A stretch of 64,000 bases of DNA from Gammaproteobacteria bacterium (GCA_026713705.1 JAPONY010000051.1:64015-128014); one strand, 5' to 3'; positions 29,621-40,322 are shown, numbered from the stretch's first letter. Made by a program: numbers and translations. Notes: generated by a model from the letters alone, not told the origin.

Positions 29621-32048
29621 CGCGTACTACCACGTTGACGAGTTTATGGGGAACCTGAATGATGCGAACCACGGTTTTTCCTTCGGTGAAGCGTTGCACT
29701 TTAGCATTATCCAATACTTTCCGTTGCAATTCATCCTCACTAATATCTGCCGCAAGTTCCAACTGCGCCCGAACCTTGCCGTTCACCTGAACCACGATCT
29801 GCTCGACCGAGCGCTGCAAAGCGGCTTCGTCCGCTTCGGGCCAAGGCTGCTCCAGAGCCACCCCGTCAAACCCGAGCTCGCGCCACAGCACGTGAGACAC
29901 GTGCGGGACAATCGGTGTCAACATGCGCAGCATCGCCTCCAGGCACTCGCGCACCAGCGCAGGCTCCGCCTTGCCGGCTTCGGAGAGGTGCATCAAGTCG
30001 TTGAGCAGCTCCATGTTTGCGGCAATCGCCGTGTTGAAGGTGTGGCGCTGCTCGGCCACATGCCCGGCCTTCCGGATCGTCTCGTGCAGCTTGCGACGCA
30101 GTTCCTCCTGCTGTGCATCGAGCCCGTCGGCCTCGACCCCCGCCGCGGACGCGCACTCCCTGTGCTGGTGGACGAACCGCCAGAATCGCTTGAGGAACCT
30201 TGAACACCCTTCAACCCCGCTGTCGGACCACTCCAGCGTATGTTCGGGCGGCGACGCGAACAGCACGAACAGGCGCACCGTGTCCGCGCCATAGCGTTCG
30301 ATCAGCGGCTCCGGGTCCACCACGTTGCCCCACGATTTCGACATCTTGTGGCCATCCTTGAGCACCATGCCTTGGGTCAGGAGGTGCGCGAACGGTTCAT
30401 CCCCGTCGACCAACCCCTCGTCGCGCATCAGCTTGTGAAAATAGCGGGCATACAGAAGATGCAGGATGGCATGCTCGATTCCCCCGATGTACTGGTCGAC
30501 CGGCAGCCAGTAGCGCGCGCGCTCGTCCAGCATGGCGTCATCGGCGTCGTGCGAACAGAACCTCGCCTGGTACCAGCTGGATTCGACAAACGTGTCGAAC
30601 GTGTCCGTGTCCCGCTGCGCCAGCCGCCCGCATTTCGGGCACGGAACGGTCTTCCAGTCCTCGGGGAGATCCGCCTCCGGCGGCAGCGCCTCATCGAGAA
30701 CGACCGGTAAGTCCTTCTCCGGCACCGGCACGACCCCGCATTCCCCGCAGTGGATCATCGGCACCGGGCAACCCCAGCGGCGTTGTCGGGACACCCCCCA
30801 GTCGTGCAGCCGGTAGCGCACCACGGACTCGCCGCGGCCTTGTTCGGATAGTTGCCGGGTGATCGCGGCGTAGCCCTCCTCGGAACTCAATCCGTCGAAC
30901 GCCCCGGAATTGACCAGTACGCCCCATTCCGTGTAAGCCTCGGCGTCGAGATCCGCCTCTGATCCGTCTGCAGGAGCGATCACCTGCCGGATCGGCAGGC
31001 CGTGGTGATGCGCGAATTCCCAATCGCGCTGATCGTGAGCCGGCACCGACATCACCGCCCCGGAGCCGTATTCCATCAGCACGAAATTGGCGACCCATAC
31101 CGGTAATTCCTCGCCGGTCAGCGGGTGCAGCGCGTTCAGCCCCAGCGGATGGCCCTCGCGGTCCTGGACCGACTCTTCCGAGGTCTGTGCAGGATGATTA
31201 AGAAAGTCATGTAATCCCTTGTTAGTCCGAGATATTTCCTGAACGATCGGATGCCCCGGGGCCAGGGCCATGTACGTGGTCCCCATCAGGGTGTCCGGGC
31301 GCGTGGTGAACACCGTCAGCGGCTCTTCCCGGCCTTCCAGGGCAAACCGGATTTCCACCCCTTCCGAGCGACCGATCCAGTTTCGCTGCATTTGCAGCAC
31401 CTGGTGGGGCCACCGCCCCTCCAGATGATCCAGGGCTCCCAGCAGTTCTTCGGCGTAATCGGTGATCCGCAGGAACCACTGCTCCACCTCCCGCTGCTCT
31501 ACCGGGGCGCCGGAACGCCAGCCGCGCCCTTCGATCACCTGCTCGTTCGCCAGCACGGTCTGATCGACCGGATCCCAGTTGACCAGGGCTTTCTTCCGAT
31601 AGGCCAGGCCTTTTTCGAACAACCGGATGAAGAGCCATTGCTCCCATCGGTAGTATTCCGGATCGCAGGTCGCGAATTCGCGCCGCCAATCGTAGCCGAA
31701 TCCGAGGCGCTGCAGTTGTTCGCGCATGGCCTGGATGTTGTCCCGGGTCCAGGCGCCGGGGAGCACCTTGCGTTCCAGTGCGGCATTTTCAGCCGGCAGG
31801 CCAAAAGCATCCCACCCCATCGGCTGCAGCACGTTGTCGCCCCGCATCCGCCGGTAGCGCGCAATGGTGTCGCCGATCGTGTAGTTGCGCACATGCCCCA
31901 TGTGCAGCCGGCCGCTGGGATACGGAAACATGGACAAGCAGTAGAACTTGCGGGCGCCCGGGCGCTCCTTCGCGGCGAAGCACTCGTTCTCCCGCCAATA
32001 CTCCTGAGCTTCCTGCTCTACGGCTTCGGGGTCGTAGCGTTCCTGCAT
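29613..32048 (-). CDS. leuS: leucyl-tRNA synthetase
   Basis: HMGH and KMSKS class I motifs; 811 aa. Confidence 0.95.
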   Translation of the reverse strand: MQERYDPEAVEQEAQEYWRENECFAAKERPGARKFYCLSMFPYPSGRLHMGHVRNYTIGDTIARYRRMRGDNVLQPMGWDAFGLPAENAALERKVLPGAWTRDNIQAMREQLQRLGFGYDWRREFATCDPEYYRWEQWLFIRLFEKGLAYRKKALVNWDPVDQTVLANEQVIEGRGWRSGAPVEQREVEQWFLRITDYAEELLGALDHLEGRWPHQVLQMQRNWIGRSEGVEIRFALEGREEPLTVFTTRPDTLMGTTYMALAPGHPIVQEISRTNKGLHDFLNHPAQTSEESVQDREGHPLGLNALHPLTGEELPVWVANFVLMEYGSGAVMSVPAHDQRDWEFAHHHGLPIRQVIAPADGSEADLDAEAYTEWGVLVNSGAFDGLSSEEGYAAITRQLSEQGRGESVVRYRLHDWGVSRQRRWGCPVPMIHCGECGVVPVPEKDLPVVLDEALPPEADLPEDWKTVPCPKCGRLAQRDTDTFDTFVESSWYQARFCSHDADDAMLDERARYWLPVDQYIGGIEHAILHLLYARYFHKLMRDEGLVDGDEPFAHLLTQGMVLKDGHKMSKSWGNVVDPEPLIERYGADTVRLFVLFASPPEHTLEWSDSGVEGCSRFLKRFWRFVHQHRECASAAGVEADGLDAQQEELRRKLHETIRKAGHVAEQRHTFNTAIAANMELLNDLMHLSEAGKAEPALVRECLEAMLRMLTPIVPHVSHVLWRELGFDGVALEQPWPEADEAALQRSVEQIVVQVNGKVRAQLELAADISEDELQRKVLDNAKVQRFTEGKTVVRIIQVPHKLVNVVVRDA

Positions 32049-32174
32049 GTGAAAAGGCGGGGTATCCGGAAAAGTCTTAGCGCGCGCATATTATCACCGG
32101 GCGTCCTTTTCCCCTGCATGGGGACAGTTACAATAACCGCACATATTCCCGAAATTTTTCCCTCGAAGACTTCC

Positions 32175-33395
32175 ATGCGGTTTCTGATCTCGGCTTTCGA
32201 GTACGTCCGGGAAACCCTGCATCATTTCCGGAAGACCGAAGCCTTCAGCAGCGTCGTGCTGGTGGCCTCCGCCGCCGCGGCCATGATCCTGACCAATACC
32301 GCCGGGCACGAGTGGTACGAACGCTTCATCAATGCGCCGCTTTCCCTGGTGCTCGGCCCCATCGCCCTGCACAAGACCCTGCTACTCTGGGTCAACGACC
32401 TCCTGATGGCGATTTTCTTCTTCGTCATCGGGCTGGAACTCAAGCGCGAAGTCATGGAGGGGCACCTGGCCTCATGGGACCGCGTTGTTCTGCCGGCCCT
32501 TGCCGCCGTCGGCGGCATGCTGGTGCCAGCCTTGCTGTTCGCCAGCCTCAATTACCAAGACCCGGTCGCCATGCGGGGGTGGGCCATCCCCACTGCGACT
32601 GATATTGCTTTTTCGCTCGGCGTGCTGATGTTGCTCGGCACGCGGGTCCCGTCCGGGCTCAAGATATTCCTGTTGGCCCTGGCCATCCTGGACGACCTGG
32701 GCGCCGTGCTCATCATCGCCCTGTACTACTCGGAAGACCTGTCGATGGAAGCCTTGCGTTATGCCGCCCTGTGCCTGGCAGTCCTGATCGGATTCAACCG
32801 CTTCCGAGTCAATAATTCCATCCCTTATCTCTTGCTGGGACTGGTCCTGTGGTACTTTGTCCTGAAGTCCGGAGTCCACGCCACCATGGCCGGCATCCTG
32901 CTGGCATTCACGATCCCGACCCATGTCCCGCACGACTACCAGTACTCACCGCTGACCCGGCTGGAAAACCATTTCCACGGCTGGGTTGCCTTCGGGATCC
33001 TGCCCATCTTCGCCTTCTGCAACGCCGGGGTCTACCTGCTGGACACGACCTTCTCCGACCTGGGCAACTCGCTTACACTCGGCGTCCTTCTGGGACTTCT
33101 GGTCGGCAAGCCTGTCGGGATTTGCTTGTTCGCCGCACTGGCAGTCGCGCTGGGGCTAGGCTCCCTCCCAAGCGGCGTGCGCTGGCCAGCGTTTCTCGGC
33201 ATGTCCTTCCTGTGCGGCATCGGGTTCACCATGAGCCTGTTCGTTTCCACGCTGGCGCACGGCAACATGCCCGCCTTGATCGTGGAAGACAAGATCGGCA
33301 TCGTGCTCGCCTCCCTATTGTCGGCACTGATCGGATTCTTCATCCTGAAGGCGGCTCTTGGCAAACCCAAGGCCGAACTTATTGGCAGCCCGTAG
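32175..33395 (+). CDS. nhaA: Na+/H+ antiporter NhaA
   Basis: NhaA-family 12-TM protein. The track ORF (31251..) is a read-through; the start was set at ATG 32175 (MRFLISAF..). Confidence 0.9.
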   Translation: MRFLISAFEYVRETLHHFRKTEAFSSVVLVASAAAAMILTNTAGHEWYERFINAPLSLVLGPIALHKTLLLWVNDLLMAIFFFVIGLELKREVMEGHLASWDRVVLPALAAVGGMLVPALLFASLNYQDPVAMRGWAIPTATDIAFSLGVLMLLGTRVPSGLKIFLLALAILDDLGAVLIIALYYSEDLSMEALRYAALCLAVLIGFNRFRVNNSIPYLLLGLVLWYFVLKSGVHATMAGILLAFTIPTHVPHDYQYSPLTRLENHFHGWVAFGILPIFAFCNAGVYLLDTTFSDLGNSLTLGVLLGLLVGKPVGICLFAALAVALGLGSLPSGVRWPAFLGMSFLCGIGFTMSLFVSTLAHGNMPALIVEDKIGIVLASLLSALIGFFILKAALGKPKAELIGSP

Positions 33396-33408
33396 GGTGA
33401 ACTGCGCC

Positions 33409-34434
33409 ATGTCCACATCACTCAAGACCCTGCTGGCCGTTACCTGCCTTGTCATCGTGGCTGCGGCCCTGCAGCAGGCGCGCGAGATCGTCGTCCCCTT
33501 CCTGCTCGCCGTCTTCATCGCCATCGCGTGCGAACCGCCCATGAAATGGCTGCGGGGACGCGGATTCCCCAACCTGCTGGCGCTGGCGACCGTGATCGCC
33601 GGCCTGATTGCCGCCGGAATCGGATTCGCCACCCTGATCGGGGCTTCCGTCACCGGCTTCCGCCAGACCATGCCGGCCTATTACGAACAGCTTCGCGAAC
33701 ATGTGGAGCACATCGGGCAGTGGCTCGCGCAACAGGGCTGGATCGAACTTGATGCTGGGCTTTCGTCCTACCTGGACCCGTCGTTCTTCCTCAACCTGGT
33801 GGCGGACCTGCTCAGCGGGTTCGGCGCACTGCTGACCAATGCCTTGCTGATTCTGCTCGCGGTGGTGTTCATTCTTCTGGAAGCTCTCGAACTGCCGCAA
33901 AAAATCCAGCGGGCTTTCGAGAATTCGGATTCCGGTTTTTCCCTGGACCAGTTCACCGAGAGCGTCAATCGCTACCTCGCCACAAAGACGCTGACCAGCC
34001 TGCTGACCGGGGTGCTGGTAGCCGGATGGCTGACGCTACTTGGGCTTGACCACGCCATCCTGTGGGGCCTTGTCGCCTTCCTGCTGAACTATATTCCCAA
34101 TGTCGGCTCCATCCTGGCCGCCATCCCGGCTGTCCTGCTGGCCTGGCTGCAACTCGGACCCGCCATGATGGTTCCGGTAATTCTTGGCTATGTCGTCATT
34201 AATACGGTCGTCGGCCAGATTCTCGAGGCGCATCTGATGGGCCGGCGCCTGGGCCTGTCGGTGCTGGTGGTGTTTCTGTCTTTGGTGTTCTGGGGCTGGC
34301 TGCTCGGGCCGGTCGGCATGCTGCTGTCGATCCCGCTGACCGTCATCATCAAACTGGGGCTGGAATCCAGCCCCAACACCCGGGGTGCGGCCATCCTGCT
34401 GGGGCCCGCGAAGGAGCCGGACAGCCGCGCCTGA
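33409..34434 (+). CDS. AI-2E family transporter (PerM-like)
   Basis: 342-aa polytopic membrane protein with an AI-2E/UPF0118 topology; start at MSTSLKT. Confidence 0.75.
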   Translation: MSTSLKTLLAVTCLVIVAAALQQAREIVVPFLLAVFIAIACEPPMKWLRGRGFPNLLALATVIAGLIAAGIGFATLIGASVTGFRQTMPAYYEQLREHVEHIGQWLAQQGWIELDAGLSSYLDPSFFLNLVADLLSGFGALLTNALLILLAVVFILLEALELPQKIQRAFENSDSGFSLDQFTESVNRYLATKTLTSLLTGVLVAGWLTLLGLDHAILWGLVAFLLNYIPNVGSILAAIPAVLLAWLQLGPAMMVPVILGYVVINTVVGQILEAHLMGRRLGLSVLVVFLSLVFWGWLLGPVGMLLSIPLTVIIKLGLESSPNTRGAAILLGPAKEPDSRA

Positions 34435-34449
34435 ACTGCCGCCTGGAGC

Positions 34450-37197
34450 CTAGAAGCTCGCCACGGCCCTCAGGTAATAGAACCCTCCGTTGTAATCGAA
34501 CGGAATGGATGAAGGGTACTCGGCACCCAGAATTGTGGAGTATTTGTTCTTCGACGGCTCTTCATCCAACAGGTTTTCCGCGCCGACCGCCACGTCGAAG
34601 TGGTCGGTCAAACTGTAGGACACCTCGAGATCCGTCAGGAAGCGGGCGTCGGCCTTTTGAAACAAAGCCAAGGCATGGTAATCGATGTGGGTCCCGTAGT
34701 ACCGCACCCGACCCAGCACCCGCCAGGGGCCGCCCTCGTGGTCGGCGGTCAACGACCACCGGATTTTCGGGCGGCCTTCTTCGATCTGCTGCTTGGTCCG
34801 GGGTGAAATAGTGTTGGGGTTGTATTCGTCGACTGTTGTGCGGTTGTAATTCCCTGCAAAGGTGACCTGGGTCGAACCGCCGAAAACCTCCATCGGGTAA
34901 GTCGCGACAATGTCGATCCCATCCGTCGTGGTGTCGAAGTCATTGGCAAAGTAGCGTACCTGGGCGACGGAATCGATGGCCGGAACATCCCGACGCAATT
35001 CATCCCTTTCGTTGGTAATCAAATCCTGATGCGCCATGCTCAGATCTTGCAGATTGATGTCGAACGTAGTGTCGTCGGTATTCTTGCCGCACGTGCCAGT
35101 CACACCATTCTTTTCCAACAACAGACAATCCAGAAACCTCGTGGAGGTCAAGGAAATCCGATCTTTAACCTCAATATGGTAGAAATCGATCGTCACATCG
35201 AGAACCCCGACATTAAATACGGTACCGATCCCGGAACTGAATGACTCCTCTGCTTCCAGAGGTTTGGCAATCCCGCGTAAGAGAGGATCCGTGGGAGGCA
35301 CTGTGAGTTCGTCCGTCAATCTTCCGCCCACCAAGGTGGTGGTGACATTGCGGACGCTCGCCTGACCCACGGTGGGCACTCGGAAGCCTGAACCAAGCGA
35401 ACTCCGTACGGCAAGGGTATCAGTGGCCTGGAAGCGGGCGGAGAATTTTCCGTCAATCGTCGAGTCGAACTCTTCCGGGTCTTCGTAACGCACCGCCAGA
35501 CCCATGAGGAGGTCCTCCTCCACATCCGCCTCAAAATCCACGTAGGCTGCTACGCTGGAACGATCATTCTTGTTTTGGACGCACGGATCCGGCCGGAAAC
35601 CCGGGAATCCGTTCGAGCCGATCCCTAGGTATGGATATTTGGCCTGCAGGTTCTCGTCGCCACCCATGGGGTTGATCGTTGCCAGAAATTCCGTGTATTC
35701 CTTGCAACTGATCACCAGCGGGCTCTTGGTCGACTCGTCGAATTCGTCGCCGTTGTTGTAGACGTAATCGATAAGCCAGGAATTCATGCCGCCAGGCTTG
35801 ATCTCGTATTCCTCCTCCCGCCATTCAAAGCCAAACCCCACGTTCAGGGGAGAGTGGAAGACGTCGACATCGATCTGCTGGGTGAAATCGAGATTGACGG
35901 TTACGTCTTCCTCGACAAAACTGCCTGGCTTGTATGCGGTTGGGATATCGTTTTCCAGCGAGGCCAGTTGCGGATTGATCGTGTTCTTCATGAAAAAGCC
36001 GACTTCATGACGACCGTAGACGGCACTGATATCGTAGGTCAATGCGTTGCCCAGATCGCCGCGAAGACCCATCGCGATGCTTTCGTCTTCGATCTCTCCA
36101 CCGAATTGCGGTGTAAAACCGCCCGGGAAGCGAGAGTTGAAAGCGTAACAGTTCGGGGTGGCTTCTATCGCTGCCAAATCTTCCGCATCTACACCACTGT
36201 CGACTTTGCCGAGACTCGGGCAATCCACGCCGTCTAGCGGGGCATGATCAATCACCAAGGGGTTGTCGTTTCCATCTACGAAGACGCCGCCCCGCCGATG
36301 CGGATTGCGGAAGAAAAAACCTCCCTCGACGGTCCGTTCGGCGTAACCACCAAAGGCGTAGACTTCATGCATGTCGCCCAACGCAATGCCTGCGTTCGCG
36401 AAAATCTTGTAGTTGTCGTCGATCTCCGGTGCCCCCCAGACCTGCACCGCTGGCGTGCGCACGTGCGGGTTGCCCGCATCAATCAGCCCTTGGGCATCCG
36501 CCCTTTGCACACTTCGGCTGGTTGGGTCCACCCCGCTGAACTCCCCGCTGAGGTTCAGGAAGCCTTTCTCCGTCAGCGGCAAGCCGATGTTGCCCGATAC
36601 GGTGATGCTCTCGCCATCACCCTGGTAGTACTGGCCCCAACGGGCCTCCAGTCTTCCTCCCTCGGCCTCTTCTCTCAATACGAAGTTCAGGATTCCTGCC
36701 ACCGCGTCGGAACCGTACTGGGCCGCCGCACCGTCGCGCAGCACCTCAACCCGGTCCAGGGCGACGGCCGGAATCGCGGAAAGATCCGGGGCATGCGAAC
36801 CTTCCGATCCTCCTGCCACCAGGAACGAGATAATCGAAGAACGGTGGCGGCGCTTGCCATTCATCAACACCAGGGTCGAATCCGGAGACAGGCCGCCGCG
36901 CATCTGCACCGGGCGCACCAGCGTCGCTGCGTCGCTGATCGGCTCCTGGCTGACGTTCAGAGACGGCACGATCCTGGACAGCATAGAATCCATCCGGGAA
37001 TCCCCCTGCCGGGCCAATTCGCTGGAATCCAGAATATCTACTGGAACCGCCAAATCGGCAGCCGCGCGCTCGTGGCTTCGCGAGCCGATAACCGAAAGTT
37101 CTTCGATTTCCTCTTCCTCGGCCCATGCCGGGGTGCTCCCACAGAAAACCGCGGCGAACAAACAGCTGGAAATGGCAAAAGATTTGGCAAGGCGCAT
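34450..37197 (-). CDS. TonB-dependent outer-membrane receptor (915 aa)
   Basis: Signal peptide MRLAKSFAISSCLFAAVFCGSTPAWA followed by EEEEIEELSVIGSR, a plug, and a barrel ending in ..LRAVASF. Paralogous to the next gene. Confidence 0.8.
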   Translation of the reverse strand: MRLAKSFAISSCLFAAVFCGSTPAWAEEEEIEELSVIGSRSHERAAADLAVPVDILDSSELARQGDSRMDSMLSRIVPSLNVSQEPISDAATLVRPVQMRGGLSPDSTLVLMNGKRRHRSSIISFLVAGGSEGSHAPDLSAIPAVALDRVEVLRDGAAAQYGSDAVAGILNFVLREEAEGGRLEARWGQYYQGDGESITVSGNIGLPLTEKGFLNLSGEFSGVDPTSRSVQRADAQGLIDAGNPHVRTPAVQVWGAPEIDDNYKIFANAGIALGDMHEVYAFGGYAERTVEGGFFFRNPHRRGGVFVDGNDNPLVIDHAPLDGVDCPSLGKVDSGVDAEDLAAIEATPNCYAFNSRFPGGFTPQFGGEIEDESIAMGLRGDLGNALTYDISAVYGRHEVGFFMKNTINPQLASLENDIPTAYKPGSFVEEDVTVNLDFTQQIDVDVFHSPLNVGFGFEWREEEYEIKPGGMNSWLIDYVYNNGDEFDESTKSPLVISCKEYTEFLATINPMGGDENLQAKYPYLGIGSNGFPGFRPDPCVQNKNDRSSVAAYVDFEADVEEDLLMGLAVRYEDPEEFDSTIDGKFSARFQATDTLAVRSSLGSGFRVPTVGQASVRNVTTTLVGGRLTDELTVPPTDPLLRGIAKPLEAEESFSSGIGTVFNVGVLDVTIDFYHIEVKDRISLTSTRFLDCLLLEKNGVTGTCGKNTDDTTFDINLQDLSMAHQDLITNERDELRRDVPAIDSVAQVRYFANDFDTTTDGIDIVATYPMEVFGGSTQVTFAGNYNRTTVDEYNPNTISPRTKQQIEEGRPKIRWSLTADHEGGPWRVLGRVRYYGTHIDYHALALFQKADARFLTDLEVSYSLTDHFDVAVGAENLLDEEPSKNKYSTILGAEYPSSIPFDYNGGFYYLRAVASF

Positions 37198-37293
37198 GGT
37201 CACCCCCGCATGCATCCAGACACGCTTATTTTGCAGAGGGAAAACCCCTTCCGGCATTGCCGGAAGGGGTACGTTCTTGCGGGATTGCCGACT

Positions 37294-40257
37294 CTAGAAC
37301 AGGTAGCGGGTCTTCACGTAGTAGAAGCCGCCGCTGCTGTCGATCACCGGGTTTTCCGGGAACTCCAGGCCCGTTTCGTTCGAATACGGGTTGCGCGTCG
37401 GGTCCTCGTCGAAGATGTTTTCCGCCCCCAGGATGAGCTCGAAGTCGTCGCGGTAGTTGTACGCAACCTCCGCGTCGAACAGCAGGCGCTTCTCTATGTC
37501 CACGAGCAAGGCTGGATCGTCGGTCGAGTACTCGATGTGCGAGCCGTAGAAACGCCCCCGCAACATCACGGTCCAAGGCCCGGACACGTGGTGGCCGGTC
37601 AGGGTCGCCCGCACCTTCGGCACGCCCCGCTCAACCTGGCGGACCCTCTTGTCGTTGATGTTGTCCTTGCGCCTGGTGACTTCGGTCTGCGTCCAGTTGG
37701 CCGCAAACAGCAGGTCGACAGACTTGCCGAAAGGCATCACCTCGCCGGAGGCGACGATGTCCACGCCTTCGGTCCGCGTGTCGTAGGAATTCTGGAAATA
37801 CACCACATCGCCAATGGCGCGGACATCCGGTGCGGATTTCTCGATTTCCACCAGCTTGTCCTCGACGTATTCAATCAGGTTTGTTGTATCTTCCGGCGCA
37901 GTATTCTCAATAAACTTCCGGAGATTCTGCCTGGAACTCTGCGCGATGCGGTCATCCACCTCGATGTGGTAGTAGTCGACCGTGAGATCCCATATGTCGA
38001 GATCGAAGACTCCGCCAAGCCCGAAACTCTTCGCCTCTTCCTCTTCCAGGCGCGGCGCAATCCCCAGCGCCGACAAGGCCGGATGCGTGGGCGGCAAGGT
38101 CAACCGGTCGGTCAGCATGCCGGACACAAATGCCGTGGTGGTATTGCGGACATTCTCCTGCCCTACCGTCGGCACCCGGAAGCCCGTGCTGAACGAACTG
38201 CGCACCGCCGTGGTGTCGGTCGCCTGATAGCGCATCGCGAATTTCCCGTCGGTCCGGGAATCGTAACCCTCCGGATTCTCGTTCCGGAACGCCATCTGCC
38301 CCATCAGGTTGTCGCTCAAATCGGCCTCGAAGTCGACATAGGCGGCCGTCGATGCCCGCGAATTCTTCCCGGCATCCGAGTCCCGGAAGCCCGCGAACCC
38401 GTTGCTTCCGATTCCGAGGTCCGGAAACAGGAGAATGCGGTTCCCTTCATCGTCCAGCTCGTAATTTCCGTCCTCGTCCACCCGGTAGCTGATGAGTGTG
38501 GAGTTTATTTCTCCCGCCTTGATCTCGAACTGTTCCTTGCGGTATTCCATCCCGAAGCCCATGTGCACCGGCGAAGCCAGCCCTGCCAGGTCGAACTCGG
38601 TGGTGAAATCCATGTTCGCCGTGTAATCGGTTTCAATATAGGTGCCCGGATCGTAGTGCGTCGGGATATCGTTCATCATGCCGACCAGCTGGGGGTTGAT
38701 GGTCCGGTAGATGAAGAAATCGGACTCGTGCTCGCCCCAGACGAAACTGAAGTCGTAGGTCAGTTCGCCCTGTTCCCCGCCCCGCATGCCGAGCGCGAAG
38801 CTCCGGTCTTCGACATCCGCGCCGAACCGCGGCGTGAATCCGCCCGGGAATCGCTCGATGAGTGCATAGCAGTTATCTTTTCCTTCCAGCGCACTGAGGT
38901 CCTGCATTCCGGTGTCCTGGTCGATATCCTTCTCCACCTGGGGGCAGTCTCCGCGAACCCGTGTCTTCTGGTAGGTCAGGTAATCGTTATATTCAGTTTC
39001 GGCGGCTTTGTAAGCGTTATATTCAGTTTCGGCGGCTTTGTAAGCGTCATATGTCGCTTTTCTGGCCTGATATTCTCTAAGTTGGTCTGCCGTAGCGTCG
39101 GCGCTAGTGGGCTCCTCGCCGGGCATTGCGGGAGCATCGCCGGGCTCTGCGGGAGCATCGCCGGGCATTGCGGGAATGGCCCGCCTCATGCCATTGTTGT
39201 CTTTCGGAGCATAGGTTCTGGTGCCGGTTCCGGTGCCGACCGCAACATCGTGAATCCCCCAGATATCGGCCCCGTTCAGATCCACCACATTCACATACGT
39301 CTTGGCTTCCGTATCCTTCGTGGCTTTCGTATTCTCCGCACTCGTGAATATCCCGCTTCGGTTATAAGGATTCCGGAAATAGAACGTCCCGTCCACGGTC
39401 CGCTCGGCATAACTGCCAAAGGCATAGAACTCGGCGGTGTCCCCGACATCTATGCCCGCATTGGCAAACAACTTGTAGTTGTCGTCGATGTCCGGCGCGC
39501 CCCACTCGATGACCGGGTCCCGGATGAACCGGTTGCCGTCGTTGACCAGGCCCACGGCATCGTTACGCTGCACCGCGCGCACCGTCGGCTTGGAGGTCTG
39601 GTATTCGCCGCTGAGGTTCAGGAAGCCCCGATCGGTAAGCGGCAGGCCCTTGTTCGCGGTGATGATGAGGTTCTCGCCATCTCCCTCGTAATAACTGCCC
39701 CAGCGGGCCGAAATCTCGCCGCCGTCCGGATCGTTCTTCAGTACGAAATTGAGTACGCCCGCGATCGCGTCCGAACCGTACTGCGCGGAGGCGCCGTCCC
39801 GCAGCACTTCCATATGGCCCACGGCGACCGAGGGGATGGATTCGATGTCCACGGCATGGGCGCCCTGGTTGTTTCCGGCCGCCAGGAAGGTGATGATCGA
39901 GCCGCGGTGGCGCCGTTTGCCGTTGATCAGCACCAGCGTGGAGTCTGCCGCCAGACCGCGCATGTTGGCCGGCCGCACGATGGTCGCGGCGTCGCTGAGC
40001 GGCTGCTGCCCGACATTGAAGGAGGGGATGACCGTCGAGATCATCTGGTCCATGCGGGTCGATCCCTGGCTCGAGATACTCTCACCGTCCACCACATCGA
40101 CCGGAACGGCCATATCCGATGCGGAGCGTTCATGGTCTCGAGAACCGATTACCGCGATCTCCTCGACCTCCTCTTCCGCCAAAACCGGCAAACTGCCGCA
40201 GGCAAGCACGGCGACCAAGCTGAACGAGAAGAAAGTCTGAAAGATTTTTTGTTTCAT
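37294..40257 (-). CDS. TonB-dependent outer-membrane receptor (987 aa) with internal tandem repeats
   Basis: Signal peptide MKQKIFQTFFSFSLVAVLACGSLPVLA followed by EEEVEEIAVIGSRDHER, and C-terminal ..YYVKTRYLF. Carries the repeats YNAYKAAETE x2.5 and PGDAPAM-like x3. Confidence 0.8.
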   Translation of the reverse strand: MKQKIFQTFFSFSLVAVLACGSLPVLAEEEVEEIAVIGSRDHERSASDMAVPVDVVDGESISSQGSTRMDQMISTVIPSFNVGQQPLSDAATIVRPANMRGLAADSTLVLINGKRRHRGSIITFLAAGNNQGAHAVDIESIPSVAVGHMEVLRDGASAQYGSDAIAGVLNFVLKNDPDGGEISARWGSYYEGDGENLIITANKGLPLTDRGFLNLSGEYQTSKPTVRAVQRNDAVGLVNDGNRFIRDPVIEWGAPDIDDNYKLFANAGIDVGDTAEFYAFGSYAERTVDGTFYFRNPYNRSGIFTSAENTKATKDTEAKTYVNVVDLNGADIWGIHDVAVGTGTGTRTYAPKDNNGMRRAIPAMPGDAPAEPGDAPAMPGEEPTSADATADQLREYQARKATYDAYKAAETEYNAYKAAETEYNDYLTYQKTRVRGDCPQVEKDIDQDTGMQDLSALEGKDNCYALIERFPGGFTPRFGADVEDRSFALGMRGGEQGELTYDFSFVWGEHESDFFIYRTINPQLVGMMNDIPTHYDPGTYIETDYTANMDFTTEFDLAGLASPVHMGFGMEYRKEQFEIKAGEINSTLISYRVDEDGNYELDDEGNRILLFPDLGIGSNGFAGFRDSDAGKNSRASTAAYVDFEADLSDNLMGQMAFRNENPEGYDSRTDGKFAMRYQATDTTAVRSSFSTGFRVPTVGQENVRNTTTAFVSGMLTDRLTLPPTHPALSALGIAPRLEEEEAKSFGLGGVFDLDIWDLTVDYYHIEVDDRIAQSSRQNLRKFIENTAPEDTTNLIEYVEDKLVEIEKSAPDVRAIGDVVYFQNSYDTRTEGVDIVASGEVMPFGKSVDLLFAANWTQTEVTRRKDNINDKRVRQVERGVPKVRATLTGHHVSGPWTVMLRGRFYGSHIEYSTDDPALLVDIEKRLLFDAEVAYNYRDDFELILGAENIFDEDPTRNPYSNETGLEFPENPVIDSSGGFYYVKTRYLF
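38986..39045 (-). repeat. in-frame 30-bp tandem repeat (2 perfect copies plus a degenerate third) inside the TonB-receptor gene
   Basis: GTTATATTCAGTTTCGGCGGCTTTGTAAGC occurs at 38986-39015 and again at 39016-39045. It encodes a KAAETEYNAY-type decapeptide repeat. Confidence 0.8.
39118..39180 (-). repeat. in-frame ~21-bp tandem repeat (3 copies) inside the TonB-receptor gene
   Basis: GCCGGGCATTGCGGGAGCATC / GCCGGGCTCTGCGGGAGCATC / GCCGGGCATTGCGGGAATGGC, encoding P-G-D-A-P-A-M/E heptads. Confidence 0.75.
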
Positions 40258-40288
40258 TACGTGCTCCCATCCAAGAGAAATTGGCCCT

Positions 40289-40317
40289 ATTTAACAAAAC
40301 TTCTGCTTTTTTGTCAA
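40289..40317 (-). promoter_or_regulatory. candidate sigma70 promoter for the 37294-40257 TonB-receptor gene
   Basis: On the minus strand: TTGACA (40317-40312), a 17-bp spacer, then TTAAAT (40294-40289), ~30 nt upstream of the start codon in an AT-rich 65-bp gap. Confidence 0.4.
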
Positions 40318-40322
40318 TCGCA

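Noticed and set aside
31251-32174. 5' extension of the nhaA ORF across the leuS region
   Set aside because: Read-through in an open frame antisense to leuS. The genuine NhaA N-terminus (MRFLISAF) begins at 32175.
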